A program made the position numbers and the translations under genes. 64,000 bases of DNA from Thermoplasmata archaeon (GTDB lineage: Archaea; Thermoplasmatota; Thermoplasmata; Thermoplasmatales; ARK-15): the NCBI GenBank assembly GCA_039794005.1, contig JBAMMA010000019.1, positions 1 to 64,000 of the forward strand. The letters run 5' to 3'. Each line of letters opens with the position of its first letter. Positions within the stretch are counted from its first letter, which is position 1. Under the pieces are notes generated by a model. That model was not told the DNA's origin. It ran no database searches and saw only the letters and a program-made list of their open reading frames with translations. Of the stretch, positions 28,979-40,336 are shown one piece after another.

Positions 28979-31900
28979 ATGAAATCCTCCAGCCTCCTAT
29001 ATTTTTCATTTGTTTTAATTACATTTTTTTCTTCATTTCCCGTATTAATAAACAATGATTCTATGGCCATTTCGATGAATAATATTCTCTGTTTTGTGTA
29101 ATTATTTACATTATATGCATTGCTTATCTTTTTTGATAATTCTAAATATTTTGTTATGCTTCCTCTTGAAGATGTTGTTCTTAGGTCTCCACCACATTCA
29201 CATTTGCCTGTAAGTGGTATTCTTCTATATTTTTTATGGCATCTTGTACAAACAAATTCCTGTGTACCAAATTTTCTCAGATTACCTATCATATCTGGAA
29301 TAAAATGGTGCGAAATAACCCTTGATGCCATATCGGATACATCATCTGCTCTTAATTTGATACCAAGGGATAGTTGAGCATCCGTTTTTTCTTCCATACT
29401 TTTCATATATTTATATCTTGATTCTATTACGCCTATGTTTATATTTTTTGTATCGTTTGTAAAACCATAGTTTTCATAGGGATTTTTATCCAAAAGCGAT
29501 TTTATAGTTTTAATTTCTGTTATTTCAGAAGCTTTCTTATTTTGATAGGAATATTCTAAAAGTTTAACGGGATAATTATAAGATACATCCACATTTAAAG
29601 CCTCTTTATCAATTTCTGTAGGTGAAATTTTTATTGATACGAAAAGAGGTGCATCCATCATTCCACCACGGGAGGAGGGGAGATAATGTCTGGAAAAGTT
29701 AATCAGAGCGTCCAACAATAAAATTATGGCATCTTCATCTCCATCACAGTTTCTTCTCTTTGCAGCATGGAAGAATGGATGGGCAAAGCATGCATTTGCT
29801 TCAGTTATTCCAATTATTCTTCCCAGTACACCGCCTGAAGTATGTGGAGATATACCTATAACAAGATGACCAATTAAATCTGTAGGTTCTTTTAAATTAT
29901 AGAAGGATGGCAATTTATAATATCTTTCTAATAAATCATCAACAAACTTAGAAACTTTGAATAGATAGTTAGCAGCCTTTCTAGATATTATAATATCCTG
30001 CGGGAATATCTGAATTATTTGATCATCCCTTTTTATTTCCTCTCCGTAAATGTCTTTTGTATAACCCAGATCCTTGCAGATCTCGGCATTTATTCCTATT
30101 TCGAATGGCTTGAAATGTGTGATTGCCAGATTACTCATATCAAACCTTGAAGTACCATCTTTGTAAACATAAATATCATTTATGGCCCTCAAAATGCCTT
30201 TTTCTAATGGCTCTGGAATAAATTCCTTCGAAATCAAACCCTTAACACCTTTTACCTTTGGAACTTCTTTGATATCCAAATTTAAATTATTTAAAGCATC
30301 TTTAAATAAATATTCAATATCTATTGAATAAATATCAGTTTTGCCGGTATATACTGTCCTTACATTACATGTATCGCAGATAAACTTGTACGTTTTTCTT
30401 TGGCACTTTGGGCAGATTCTAGTGCCAAGTTCCACTTCTATGAATGTGGATTCATTTTCTATCATCTTTTTTATATTTCTGTTGTGCCCTGATTCTTTAC
30501 CCAATGGAAAAAGAACATGAACAGGGGGATCCATTTTTCTCTCTGCTGCCTTTTCTGGCCTTCCCATTCTAGTCCCTACCCTTGTTGGTGCCCTTGGATA
30601 AATTTTAATTCCATTTAAATCCTGAATTATTTCTAAAACATTTCTTTTTTCAGGAATTTCTATTTCCTCTTCTATTTTCAAAAGCCTTTTCAAAATTTCC
30701 CCATATCTATTTAATATCAAATATCCATTTTCTTCCCTATGCAAAACACCTAGTCTGCATAGAATGTCCTTGATAATTTCATCCTTTTTTAAATAATAAT
30801 TGTTATCCTTTTCTACTAGATTCTTCCTTAAATATATCCTCAATAATTTTAATTCATTTATCTCTAAATCTTCCCAAAAAAGTGAATAATATGGATGTAA
30901 TGGTAAATCATAATTTTTTGATATTTCAAGTGCTTCATCGAAGTTTTCGGGTGTTTTTTCTACGCCTCTTTCCTTTGCCATTAAATCCCAAAATTCCCTT
31001 GTGAAAGAGGCTGGTCTAAGAGGATAATTATTTTCAATAAATTCACCTATAGGTATTAAAATTTCACCGTTATCGTATATTTTTACCACATCATCTCTAA
31101 TTTTTATTGCCAGATCGAAGTCATTTACCTGCATGCATTCTCCATTTTTCAATAGAATTATTGGACCTTCGACTGAATCACAGGATGTTATTCCTCCAGC
31201 TTTACCGGGGAATTCTATTTTTAACTGGGTACCAATGGCAATAAAATCATCCATTATAACCATTGTTGCCGGGTTTATGGATATTGTAGCCAAACCTCCA
31301 GTTCTGCATCTTCCATATCTTAATCTAAACCCTCCTTTAAAACCAGAATATGAAAATATTGGCCTTCCTGCAACAACGTCTTCCATGAATTTTGAAGATC
31401 CTTCAGATGTTTCGCTTTTTGTTCCGGATATTAATTTGTCCAGGAATTCCCAATCATCAAGTTTTAATTTTTCAACAATACTTTTTAATTTCCTTGCCTT
31501 TTGTATAATACCCTCTGCTAAAACTAATGCCATTCCTCCCCTGATTCTGTTTGTTTCGATTTCGGGAAGATCTCTATATCCAGAAACCTCTGCATTAATA
31601 GTTCCTTCACCATCAATGCAGACTGGGCAACCGGAAACGACATATTCTATTTCCTCTGGCGTTGGAGAATATTGCAGATGCTCTTCCATTTCATACCTCT
31701 GTATCTCCTCCTTATATCTTTCAATAATCTCTCTCCTTGGCTTAAACTTGGAAATGTTAAATTCCCTTCTTAAAACATCACCAATTAAAACGCTTATTGC
31801 CTGGCCAGTCCCTCCAGCACCCCTAATGGGTCCCGAATAATATATGGATAGATATTCACTTCCATCGATATTTTTCTTTATTTTTATTTGGGTTATGCCG

Positions 31901-32238
31901 TCAATCGGCGCAACCAAAACACCTTCAGTAACTACGGCCAAACCTACCCTGATTCCATACTCAATTGCTTTTTCTCTGTTTTGTGAATACTTTTTTGCAA
32001 CCTCCTTTGATATTAGAATTGATGCCATTTCCCTGTCATATTTCTTCAGATATTCCCTTATGATATCTGCAATATTTTCAATCCCGGTTAAATGTTCCAC
32101 CCTTTTTGCCAAATCCTCAGCTATGGGTATTTCAACATGATCTTCAGGGTCAAGATTTTTGCTTCTTGCAATCTGTGCAATGGAATATATTCTTTCAGCT
32201 TGATTTTTTAAATGATTAAAATATTCATCCGTATTCAT
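28975..32238 (-). CDS. polC: DNA polymerase D large subunit DP2
   Basis: GPIRGAGGT, FRLRYGR, RMGRPEKA, KDGT.RFD, PHTSGG, HAAKRRNCDGDED, RGGMMDAP, C-terminal Zn finger; no intein. Confidence 0.97.
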   Translation of the reverse strand: MNTDEYFNHLKNQAERIYSIAQIARSKNLDPEDHVEIPIAEDLAKRVEHLTGIENIADIIREYLKKYDREMASILISKEVAKKYSQNREKAIEYGIRVGLAVVTEGVLVAPIDGITQIKIKKNIDGSEYLSIYYSGPIRGAGGTGQAISVLIGDVLRREFNISKFKPRREIIERYKEEIQRYEMEEHLQYSPTPEEIEYVVSGCPVCIDGEGTINAEVSGYRDLPEIETNRIRGGMALVLAEGIIQKARKLKSIVEKLKLDDWEFLDKLISGTKSETSEGSSKFMEDVVAGRPIFSYSGFKGGFRLRYGRCRTGGLATISINPATMVIMDDFIAIGTQLKIEFPGKAGGITSCDSVEGPIILLKNGECMQVNDFDLAIKIRDDVVKIYDNGEILIPIGEFIENNYPLRPASFTREFWDLMAKERGVEKTPENFDEALEISKNYDLPLHPYYSLFWEDLEINELKLLRIYLRKNLVEKDNNYYLKKDEIIKDILCRLGVLHREENGYLILNRYGEILKRLLKIEEEIEIPEKRNVLEIIQDLNGIKIYPRAPTRVGTRMGRPEKAAERKMDPPVHVLFPLGKESGHNRNIKKMIENESTFIEVELGTRICPKCQRKTYKFICDTCNVRTVYTGKTDIYSIDIEYLFKDALNNLNLDIKEVPKVKGVKGLISKEFIPEPLEKGILRAINDIYVYKDGTSRFDMSNLAITHFKPFEIGINAEICKDLGYTKDIYGEEIKRDDQIIQIFPQDIIISRKAANYLFKVSKFVDDLLERYYKLPSFYNLKEPTDLIGHLVIGISPHTSGGVLGRIIGITEANACFAHPFFHAAKRRNCDGDEDAIILLLDALINFSRHYLPSSRGGMMDAPLFVSIKISPTEIDKEALNVDVSYNYPVKLLEYSYQNKKASEITEIKTIKSLLDKNPYENYGFTNDTKNINIGVIESRYKYMKSMEEKTDAQLSLGIKLRADDVSDMASRVISHHFIPDMIGNLRKFGTQEFVCTRCHKKYRRIPLTGKCECGGDLRTTSSRGSITKYLELSKKISNAYNVNNYTKQRILFIEMAIESLFINTGNEEKNVIKTNEKYRRLEDFI

Positions 32239-32308
32239 TCTATTATTTTTAATTCTATAAGTTTAAAAATATTTTTATATTCAAAAGTGAAAATATTTCA
32301 TTGAATAT

Positions 32309-32641
32309 TTATTTTAAAAGTTGTGATATCAATAATTTATCAGATAGACTGGCCTTTACCCTGAATCTTTTCAATATATATGCACTCAGCGCATCCGTTT
32401 TTCCTTCTATTATTTCATTAAATGTGTTTGTATCAATGTATACTTCGATGTCATAACTTCCAATGTAATCTTTTAATTCTTCTATATGCGCGTCCCTTAA
32501 TTCAAAGGAATATTTCCCATCATCAACAAATTCTACCAAAATTTTCCTATCCAAATTTTCTATCTCCTTCCTAAATTTATTATCCCTTTCAGCCCTTTCA
32601 TTGAATTTTTTAACCAGCTCATATAATTTTTCCATATTCAA
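32309..32641 (-). CDS. SCP2 sterol-carrier-like lipid-binding protein
   Basis: SCP2-like C-terminal pattern (DIEV..D..TF..II.G..DAL.AY...RFRVK). Confidence 0.75.
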   Translation of the reverse strand: MNMEKLYELVKKFNERAERDNKFRKEIENLDRKILVEFVDDGKYSFELRDAHIEELKDYIGSYDIEVYIDTNTFNEIIEGKTDALSAYILKRFRVKASLSDKLLISQLLK

Positions 32642-33270
32642 TCACCATATTCTTCAATATATTTATTGATATTTTTAATTGTTTTCCAAGATTTCCTTGT
32701 GAATGGGGGATATTTACCATTTTTTTCAATATAATCCCTTATAAATTTTCTAGTCCTTGGGTCTGATGGATATCCAGAACCGAAATCTCCTATTTGTTTT
32801 TTTATGTTTTCAATTTCTCTATCCCTGGTTACCTTTGCAATGATTGAAGCTGCAGAAACAATTGGATAATCACTATCTGCCTTGTGTTTTGAGATGATTT
32901 TTACATCCTTGTTTAAATTTTTTCTTATCATCTCTTCAAATCTTTCTTCTGATACATCTGCAGCATCCAATATGAATACATCTCCCTCCAATGAATTAAT
33001 AATTTCTGAAAAATATTTTTCTTCTATTTCATTAATGTTCATCTTTTCTCTCAAAGAATCTATTTCCTCAGGCCAGATCTCAATGCATTTATAAGATTTA
33101 ACAATTTTTAATATTTCATCATAAAGATATTCCCTTCTTTTCGGGGATAATTTTTTTGAATCTTTTACGCCTATTTCTTTTAATAAATCTGGGTCGCCAC
33201 AAACACCACAAATAACAAGAGGACCTATTACCGGTCCCCTTCCGGCCTCATCGATTCCGCATTCAATCAT
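32638..33270 (-). CDS. rnhB: Ribonuclease HII
   Basis: GIDEAGRGPVIGP, VKDSKKL, LDA, HKAD..YPIVSAASIIAKV, GSGYPSD. Confidence 0.97.
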   Translation of the reverse strand: MIECGIDEAGRGPVIGPLVICGVCGDPDLLKEIGVKDSKKLSPKRREYLYDEILKIVKSYKCIEIWPEEIDSLREKMNINEIEEKYFSEIINSLEGDVFILDAADVSEERFEEMIRKNLNKDVKIISKHKADSDYPIVSAASIIAKVTRDREIENIKKQIGDFGSGYPSDPRTRKFIRDYIEKNGKYPPFTRKSWKTIKNINKYIEEYGD

Positions 33271-33664
33271 TCTTTTTATTTTTTACTTCTTTTTCAACGT
33301 CTTCCAATACGTAACTCAATACTATTTCTGCCCTCGGATACATCTCCTCTTCAGATAGATTTTCATCCTCATAATATTCGTCCAATGTTTCAACTATTGC
33401 CTTTATTGCTACATCATCAATCTCTTCTGAATCTGACATATTTTTAATTGTTTTCTCTATTATCTTGTCCAAAAATTCTTCCTTTATCTGGAATTCTTCA
33501 TCCTCGTTTTCATCAAAAATTCCGTGTCTTTCCATATCTTTTAAAAATGCCAATGTAAATTCTGCCAAGAGATTTTCCAAAAATTCCTGATATTCTTCCT
33601 CCTCTGAAATCTCGTCCTCTTCTTTCTTCTTTTTCCTGGGTGATTTAGATTTTTTATTTACCAT
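33263..33664 (-). CDS. Highly acidic hypothetical protein
   Basis: Basic N-terminus followed by a very E/D-rich helical body; stop overlaps the rnhB start. Confidence 0.7.
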   Translation of the reverse strand: MVNKKSKSPRKKKKEEDEISEEEEYQEFLENLLAEFTLAFLKDMERHGIFDENEDEEFQIKEEFLDKIIEKTIKNMSDSEEIDDVAIKAIVETLDEYYEDENLSEEEMYPRAEIVLSYVLEDVEKEVKNKKND

Positions 33665-33709
33665 AATTCATTTAACTTAACAGTGTTTATAAACTTTCCT
33701 ATTTTTAAT

Positions 33710-34399
33710 TTATCTGTCTCGAGATTCTTTATAAACAAAGTTCTTTAATTCATTTAAAATTGATAACATCATCTCTTCATTTATCCTACCAACATTAACA
33801 TTCCTGGGGCTAGGATGATATGAACAGAATATCCTTATGTTACCAACATCACAATGTTTTCCGTGGGAAAAATCAATTCCCTTAGTATTGTATCCAAGTT
33901 CTTTCAATGCTTTTAAAAGAGATTCAAATGCTACCCTACCTAAAACAAGAATGGCCCTCAAATTTTTCATCAAGGCAATCTCATTTATCAAATATTCACG
34001 GCAATTGTCCAATTCAGAATTTAAGGGTCTGTCATTTGGTGGAACACATTTTAAAACAGCAGTTACATATGAATCGTAATATATTAAATTATCATCTCTT
34101 CTTTCAGATGTGGGCTGATTGGTAAATCCAGCGAGATATAGACATTTTACAAGGAATTTTGCACTCTTATCACCTGTGAAAATTCTACCTGTTCTATTCC
34201 CACCTGTTGCAGCAGGTGCCAAACCGAGTATTAAAATTTTTCCAGATATATCTCCATAACCCGGAACTGGTCTGCTCCAATATTCTTCACCATAAAACCT
34301 ATTTTTCCTTTTTGATACCTCAACTCTGAATTTAACAAGCCTTGGACATTTTGAACATTTAATGATTTCTTCATTCAATTTTTCAATATTATCAATCAT
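33710..34399 (-). CDS. Uracil-DNA glycosylase, family 5 (UdgB-like, 4Fe-4S)
   Basis: CSKCPRL, PVPGYGD, GLAPAATGGNRTGR.FTGD, KCVPP..RP, C, YHPSP. Confidence 0.92.
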   Translation of the reverse strand: MIDNIEKLNEEIIKCSKCPRLVKFRVEVSKRKNRFYGEEYWSRPVPGYGDISGKILILGLAPAATGGNRTGRIFTGDKSAKFLVKCLYLAGFTNQPTSERRDDNLIYYDSYVTAVLKCVPPNDRPLNSELDNCREYLINEIALMKNLRAILVLGRVAFESLLKALKELGYNTKGIDFSHGKHCDVGNIRIFCSYHPSPRNVNVGRINEEMMLSILNELKNFVYKESRDR

Positions 34400-36372
34400 A
34401 TCAATCTAATTGTCTCTAGATTTTTAGGAGATATAGATTTAAAACCATATCTTTTTTCGAATGTCTCTGACAAATATATACAATTGCTTTCCTCACCATG
34501 GTTTGTTATTATTATGTTTGGTTTAGGTTTCATTGATGTTATATATTGTATCAGCTGTTTTCTATCAGAATGTCCTGAAAATCCATCTATAGTTATTACT
34601 TCCATCTTAATTTCTAGGTTTACCATTTGACCATCATGAACCAATGTAATATTTTTTTCTCCACTCTGTATTCTTTTTCCCAAGGTACCTTCAGCTTGAT
34701 ATCCGACAAATATTAATGCATTTTTTGGATCTTCGGCTAAATAGTAAAAATATTCTAAAACTGGTCCACCATTCATCATACCTGAGGTTGTCAATATTAT
34801 AGATGGATTTGGATCATGTATGACTTTGTCCCTCATCTCCGATGTATCTACCCTTACAAAAATTTGGGACAGAAATGGATTTTCATTTTTCTTGTATATC
34901 TTCTCCCTCAATTCTTTTGCCAGATATTCTGGATATGCTGTATGAATTGCCGTTGCCTCCCATATCATACCGTCTATGTAAACGTTTACAGGAGGTATTT
35001 GATTTGTTCTTATGTATTCCTCTAAAACAACCATTACCTCCTGGCTTCTCCCCACAGCAAAAACGGGAATTAATATTTTTCCACCTCTATTAATAACATT
35101 GTTAACAACATTCTTTAAATTTTCACTTGCCTCCTGCCTGGATGGCTGGAAATTATTTTTACCTCCGTATGTTGATTCAATAATAACTGCTTCAACCCTG
35201 GGAAATTTATTATTTGCAGCGTTAAATAACCATGTCTTTTCAAATTTAATATCACCGGTCAATACTAAATTGAACAAACCATCTCCAACATGAATGTGAA
35301 CAACTGAAGAACCCAAAATGTGTCCGGCGTTGTGAAATGTCAACCTCATGTCAGGTGTTATATCTGTTGTTTCACCATATTCGACTGTTATTGTTCTTTT
35401 AAGCATTTCCCTGATGTGAATGTATTCATATGGTACCTTGGTTCCTTCCGAATGTGATAATTTCAAATAATCCATCAATAGTTGAACTGTTAAATCCCTT
35501 GTTGGGGGTGTCATGTAAACTGGTCCCTTAAAATTGTATTTGTATAATAAAGGTATTAATCCAGAATGATCTAAATGTGCATGTGTAAGTATAACTGCAT
35601 CTAAATATTTAAATGGATTATTTTCAGTCTCAAATGCATCTTGTGACCATATTTCTGGTACCGATAAATAAGGTGCACCTGACCAGGGTTCTTTGCTTTG
35701 CACATTTCCGGCTACAACACCGCAATCTACTAAAACTCTGCTGTTTCTTGTCATTAATAATGTTGCGGATCTCCCCACCTCTCTATATCCGCCTAATGAT
35801 ACTATTCTAAACCAATTTTCCCCGGTCAAAATTGGCCTATTCAACTTTCTACCTACCTCTCTTAAAAATTCTCTTCTCTCATTGCTTGATTCCTTTAAAA
35901 ATTCTCTTATTTCACTTATAATTTTTGAGGACATTGGTGGAGTTCTAATTACTTTTGGTGCCCATTTTATCCTTTTTTTAATTTCATTTAAAAATTGACC
36001 TTCCTTTCCAATAATTAATCCTGGAGCCTCGGCTACAATTGTAACTTCACATGTTTCTGGCTCAAAATATATCTCGGTAATACCTGCTTCAGGAGGGACC
36101 ATTTCCATTATTATTCTTTTAGATTCCTCTTCATCCAAAAGGATAGATGGATCTGGCCTTACAGATATCCTCCTTTTTATTTTCTGTGCTATCTGCTTTA
36201 TAATCTGTGGATTTTCTGTGAAATAATCAATGTCTTTTGTATAAATTACAATAAGTGATGCTTCAAAATCGATGTTTGTTATCGATACATTACCTGCAAT
36301 TTCCTTTACAGCATCTTTGACTTGCTTTAATATATCTTCCCAGACTTCATTAGACATAAAAGACGCCTTCAA
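34396..36372 (-). CDS. fttA: Beta-CASP ribonuclease aCPSF1 / transcription termination factor FttA
   Basis: N-terminal KH domains, LGGYREVGRS, THAHLDH, AGHILGS, ESTYG, FSGHSD, HGE. Confidence 0.96.
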   Translation of the reverse strand: MKASFMSNEVWEDILKQVKDAVKEIAGNVSITNIDFEASLIVIYTKDIDYFTENPQIIKQIAQKIKRRISVRPDPSILLDEEESKRIIMEMVPPEAGITEIYFEPETCEVTIVAEAPGLIIGKEGQFLNEIKKRIKWAPKVIRTPPMSSKIISEIREFLKESSNERREFLREVGRKLNRPILTGENWFRIVSLGGYREVGRSATLLMTRNSRVLVDCGVVAGNVQSKEPWSGAPYLSVPEIWSQDAFETENNPFKYLDAVILTHAHLDHSGLIPLLYKYNFKGPVYMTPPTRDLTVQLLMDYLKLSHSEGTKVPYEYIHIREMLKRTITVEYGETTDITPDMRLTFHNAGHILGSSVVHIHVGDGLFNLVLTGDIKFEKTWLFNAANNKFPRVEAVIIESTYGGKNNFQPSRQEASENLKNVVNNVINRGGKILIPVFAVGRSQEVMVVLEEYIRTNQIPPVNVYIDGMIWEATAIHTAYPEYLAKELREKIYKKNENPFLSQIFVRVDTSEMRDKVIHDPNPSIILTTSGMMNGGPVLEYFYYLAEDPKNALIFVGYQAEGTLGKRIQSGEKNITLVHDGQMVNLEIKMEVITIDGFSGHSDRKQLIQYITSMKPKPNIIITNHGEESNCIYLSETFEKRYGFKSISPKNLETIRLI

Positions 36373-36403
36373 AAAATTTTTTAAAAATGTTATTTAATAA
36401 AAT

Positions 36404-37042
36404 TTAAGGAAGTATTTTAAGTTTTTTCATTCTCTTCTTTATTTCCTCATCATCTATTTTTATAAATCCATCCTTTTCTGTTATTGTTGCAACATCTATA
36501 CCATCGCCTGAGGCAGAATCCCTCCTCATTGCAGCATTAATGGCCCTTATTGCAAGGTTTATTCCATCGTCCAGTGTCAAATCATCGTGATAAGAATCTT
36601 CTAGAACTCCATATACAAACAGGGATCCTGAACCTGCACTTACATATTTATCTTCAATTGCACCACCGGCGGCATCAATACCATAAACATGATATCCTGT
36701 TGAATCCCAACCCCCTATTATTAAACTAACATAATAGGGCATATACTTTGTCTCATTCAAAATATTTGATATCATGGTTGTGGCGGCTTTAATACTCATA
36801 TATTTTTTATTTTTTAGTCTATACAGTGTAGCCTCTGCTCTTAAATATCTTACCAATAACTGAAGATCTCCTACCAAACCTGCTGTTGTCATACCAATGT
36901 ATTTGTCTATCTCATATAGCTTCTGTGCAACCTTATGTGCTATAAAATAATCCATTGTAGCTCTTCTTTCAGTAGCTAATATTAAACCTTCCTTTGTAAT
37001 AAAACCCACAGTTGTAGTGCCAGTACTAAGCTTTGATTCCAT
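36404..37042 (-). CDS. psmB: Proteasome beta subunit
   Basis: Short propeptide then G|TTTVG, ATERRAT, AGLVGD, GSGS, RDSASG; psmB-aCPSF1 adjacency. Confidence 0.96.
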   Translation of the reverse strand: MESKLSTGTTTVGFITKEGLILATERRATMDYFIAHKVAQKLYEIDKYIGMTTAGLVGDLQLLVRYLRAEATLYRLKNKKYMSIKAATTMISNILNETKYMPYYVSLIIGGWDSTGYHVYGIDAAGGAIEDKYVSAGSGSLFVYGVLEDSYHDDLTLDDGINLAIRAINAAMRRDSASGDGIDVATITEKDGFIKIDDEEIKKRMKKLKILP

Positions 37043-37120
37043 TAAAATCACCTTATATTCAATTAATAATAATTAATATTTATAACTTTGCTGAAGAAAA
37101 AATAAAAAAATTTAAAGGAT

Positions 37121-38371
37121 TTATACCCAGCCCCTTGCTTTTACAGCATCCGCAACTCTCTTTATTGATACTATATATGCTGCAGTCCTTGGGCAGACTT
37201 TATATTTCTCCTGCGTTTCCATTACGTCCCAGAATGCCTTCGTCATTTTCTTGTCCAATTTTTCATATACCTCTTCAGCTGTCCAGTAATATCCATTTAT
37301 GTTCTGTACCCATTCAAAGTATGAAACGGTAACTCCTCCTGCATTCGCAAGGAAGTCTGGAAGATCCAGTATTCCTTTCTTGTACAATATTATATCTGCC
37401 TCAGGTGTTGTAGGACCATTTGCCAATTCTAATACGATCTTTGCCTTTATATTATCCGCATTCTTCTCAGTTATTTGGTTTTCCAATGCTGCTGGGATCA
37501 ATACATCCACATTTAACTCTAAAAGTTCTGCATTTGTAATATTCTTTGCACCTGGGAAATTTATTACAGAACCCGTCTTCTCTTTATGATTCAATACTTC
37601 CTCAAACTTTAATCCATCAGGATTGTAAATTCCTCCTTTTGAATCGCTCACTGCAACGATCTTTGAACCAAACATTTCTGTAACTAATTTGTGTGCATAT
37701 TGTCCTGCATTTCCAAATCCCTGGATTGCAACAGTTGCCTTTGAGAGGTCCAATTTAATCTTCTTCGCTGCTTCCCTCAATACATACATGCCTCCCCTTG
37801 CAGTAGCATCTCCCCTTCCTAGAGATCCACCAACCTCTATTGGTTTTCCTGTGATTACTCCAGGTGCATTGTATCCAACAATCTTTGAATACTCATCCAT
37901 CATCCATGCCATGATTTCTGGTGTTGTATATACATCTGGCGCTGGAATATCTCTCTCTGGACCTATGAATTTAGCTATGGCCCTAATATATCCCCTTGAA
38001 AGTCTTTCCAATTCACCTTTACTCATATTCTTTGGATCGCATATAATTCCTCCCTTTGCTCCACCATATGGGAGGTCCACTACTGCAGTTTTCCATGTCA
38101 TCCATGCTGCTAAGGCCTTGACTGTATCCAATGTCTCTTGTGGATGATACCTAATACCACCCTTTGTTGGTCCCTTTGCATCGTTATATTGAACCCTAAA
38201 TCCCTTGAATACTTTTGTTGTTCCATCATCCATTTTAACTGGAATCGTTACTTCCAAGACCCTCATTGGTTCCCTCAAAAACTGGTGTATCTGTGGGTCA
38301 AGACCCATTATTTTTGCAGCCCTGTCAAGCTGTTCCTGTGCTATTTTGAACGGATTTAATTCCTCAGCCAT
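37121..38371 (-). CDS. gdhA: Glutamate dehydrogenase
   Basis: [57 protein letters not shown]; start likely ATG 38371. Confidence 0.97.
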   Translation of the reverse strand: MAEELNPFKIAQEQLDRAAKIMGLDPQIHQFLREPMRVLEVTIPVKMDDGTTKVFKGFRVQYNDAKGPTKGGIRYHPQETLDTVKALAAWMTWKTAVVDLPYGGAKGGIICDPKNMSKGELERLSRGYIRAIAKFIGPERDIPAPDVYTTPEIMAWMMDEYSKIVGYNAPGVITGKPIEVGGSLGRGDATARGGMYVLREAAKKIKLDLSKATVAIQGFGNAGQYAHKLVTEMFGSKIVAVSDSKGGIYNPDGLKFEEVLNHKEKTGSVINFPGAKNITNAELLELNVDVLIPAALENQITEKNADNIKAKIVLELANGPTTPEADIILYKKGILDLPDFLANAGGVTVSYFEWVQNINGYYWTAEEVYEKLDKKMTKAFWDVMETQEKYKVCPRTAAYIVSIKRVADAVKARGWV

Positions 38372-38489
38372 TTTTTCACCTCTACCGAGGATAAGATAAT
38401 GCATATAGTTATATATACTATTTCAGACATATGTTATCAAATAGCATACTGAAGTGTAAATGATTTATAGGACAATTTTTTAATTGTAA

Positions 38490-39011
38490 TTGATGGATGT
38501 TAAGAATATTGTAGAATCAGTTTTATTTGCATCTGAAGAACCATTGAAAATTTCAGATATTTCAGAGAGATTGAATATACCGAAAGAAGAAGTGAGAAAA
38601 GCAATTAATGAATTAAGAAAGGAATACAATGAAAGAAATAGCTCAATTGAAATAGCCAAAATAGGACAAAAGTATGTTATGCAATTAAAGGAAGAATATT
38701 TAGAATTTGGATATAGATTTTCAAAACCGGAAATCGATAAAGATATATTAAAAACACTGGCCTTAATTGCATATCTACAACCCGTAAAGGTTTCTGAACT
38801 CAGAAAATATGTTGGGGAAAAGATAAATGAACATATAAAATTCTTGAAAAATAAAAGACTTATTTATTCAAGAAAACAAGGAAATAGCATGATTTTAGGA
38901 ATAACTAAATATTTCATTTTGTATTTTGGTATAGATGCAACCAACCCGAATAGTATAAAGGAGTATTTAATTAATAAATTAAACATTAATCTGGGAGATG
39001 ATAAAAAATGA
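38490..39011 (+). CDS. scpB: SMC-Scp complex subunit ScpB
   Basis: VESVLFASEEPL, LKTLALIAYLQPV, T..F..YFG. Confidence 0.9.
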   Translation: MMDVKNIVESVLFASEEPLKISDISERLNIPKEEVRKAINELRKEYNERNSSIEIAKIGQKYVMQLKEEYLEFGYRFSKPEIDKDILKTLALIAYLQPVKVSELRKYVGEKINEHIKFLKNKRLIYSRKQGNSMILGITKYFILYFGIDATNPNSIKEYLINKLNINLGDDKK

Positions 39012-40336
39012 ATATTTTGCTTATCGGCGGTGGAGCCAGAGAAAATATAATAGGTGAAAAAATAGTTGAGAGTGGTGGGAACATATATACAGTTATGGGA
39101 AACTTAAATCCAGGATTAAAAAATCTCAGCAAGGAATATTTGATTGAGAAGGAAACAAATATAGACAAAATTTTAAACTGGGAACCGGTAAAAAATAGGA
39201 AAGTTGATATTGCAATAGTAGGGCCGGAGGCGCCTTTGGAGTTGGGAATTGTAGAAAAATTGGACACTTTAGGAATTGAAACGGCCTCTCCGAATTCTGT
39301 AGCTGCGGAAATTGAAACGAATAAGAAATTTATGAGGGAAATCATGGAAAAATACAATATTCCAGGAAACTTGAGATATTATTATTTCACAGAATTTGCC
39401 TCAGTTAAAAGATTCATAAAAAATATTGATTTTCCATTTGTTATAAAACCCGTTGGATTAACGGGCGGAAAGGGTGTCTGGGTCCAAGGAGACCATTTTC
39501 AAACAAAGGAGGAGGCAATTGATTATTGTGAAAGGATAATAAAGGAAAATATTGGTGGTGGAAAAGGTGTTTTAATAGAGGAAAAAATTGAGGGTGAAGA
39601 ATATAGCCTCCAAGCATTTACAGATGGTAAAAATTTAATTCCTATGCCTCTGGTTCAAGATTTTAAGAGGGCTTATGAAGGGGATAAAGGCCCTAATACA
39701 GGGGGTATGGGATCATATTCAATGTCAAACCATCTACTTCCCTTTATAACAATAGATGATTACAACTTTTCTTTGAACATACTTCAACAGATAATTGATG
39801 CCTTGAGAAAAGAAGGCAGATACTATAAAGGTGTTATTTATGGCCAATTCATGATTACTAAAACTGGCCCTAAAATCGTTGAAATAAATGCAAGGTTTGG
39901 TGATCCAGAAGCTATGAACGTATTATCACTTCTGAAAGGAAATTTTGTTGATATAATATATGACATGACAAGAGGGAGATTGAGACAAAATTTCTACTTT
40001 GAACATCTTTCCACCTTGGTAAAATATATTGTGCCAATAGGATATGGAACTAACCCAAAGGAAAATCAAGAAATAAATATAGATATAAATAAAATAAGGG
40101 AAACTGGAGCCAGAGTATATTTTGGCTCTGTAAATGCTGTAGATAATAAAATATTAACAACTCATTCCAGATCAATTGCTATAGTAACTAAAGCTGAAGA
40201 TTTAAGTAGTGCTTACACTATAAGTGAGGAAGCACTAAGATATGTTAGTGGAAATATATACGTAAGACATGACATTGGACATCCTGAACTGATAGAAAGA
40301 AAAATTAATAGGATGAGATCTTTAAGATCAATGTAA
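39008..40336 (+). CDS. purD: Phosphoribosylamine-glycine ligase
   Basis: GGGARE, VGPEAPL, KPVGLTGGKGV, QDFKRAYEGDKGPNTGGMG, EINARFGDPE. Confidence 0.96.
   Translation: MNILLIGGGARENIIGEKIVESGGNIYTVMGNLNPGLKNLSKEYLIEKETNIDKILNWEPVKNRKVDIAIVGPEAPLELGIVEKLDTLGIETASPNSVAAEIETNKKFMREIMEKYNIPGNLRYYYFTEFASVKRFIKNIDFPFVIKPVGLTGGKGVWVQGDHFQTKEEAIDYCERIIKENIGGGKGVLIEEKIEGEEYSLQAFTDGKNLIPMPLVQDFKRAYEGDKGPNTGGMGSYSMSNHLLPFITIDDYNFSLNILQQIIDALRKEGRYYKGVIYGQFMITKTGPKIVEINARFGDPEAMNVLSLLKGNFVDIIYDMTRGRLRQNFYFEHLSTLVKYIVPIGYGTNPKENQEINIDINKIRETGARVYFGSVNAVDNKILTTHSRSIAIVTKAEDLSSAYTISEEALRYVSGNIYVRHDIGHPELIERKINRMRSLRSM

Noticed and set aside
31133-32140. 235-aa and 98-aa plus-strand ORFs
   Set aside because: Antisense shadows of polC with no motifs.
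28975-32238. Intein in DP2 (also checked LonB)
   Set aside because: Lengths are normal and the conserved motifs (RRNCDGDED, Walker A region) are uninterrupted.
37299-38399. Several plus-strand ORFs opposite gdhA
   Set aside because: Antisense frames produced by codon bias in a highly expressed gene.
38400-38425. Short inverted repeat ATAGT-TATATAT-ACTAT upstream of gdhA
   Set aside because: Only 5-bp arms in AT-rich DNA around the TATA box; expected by chance.
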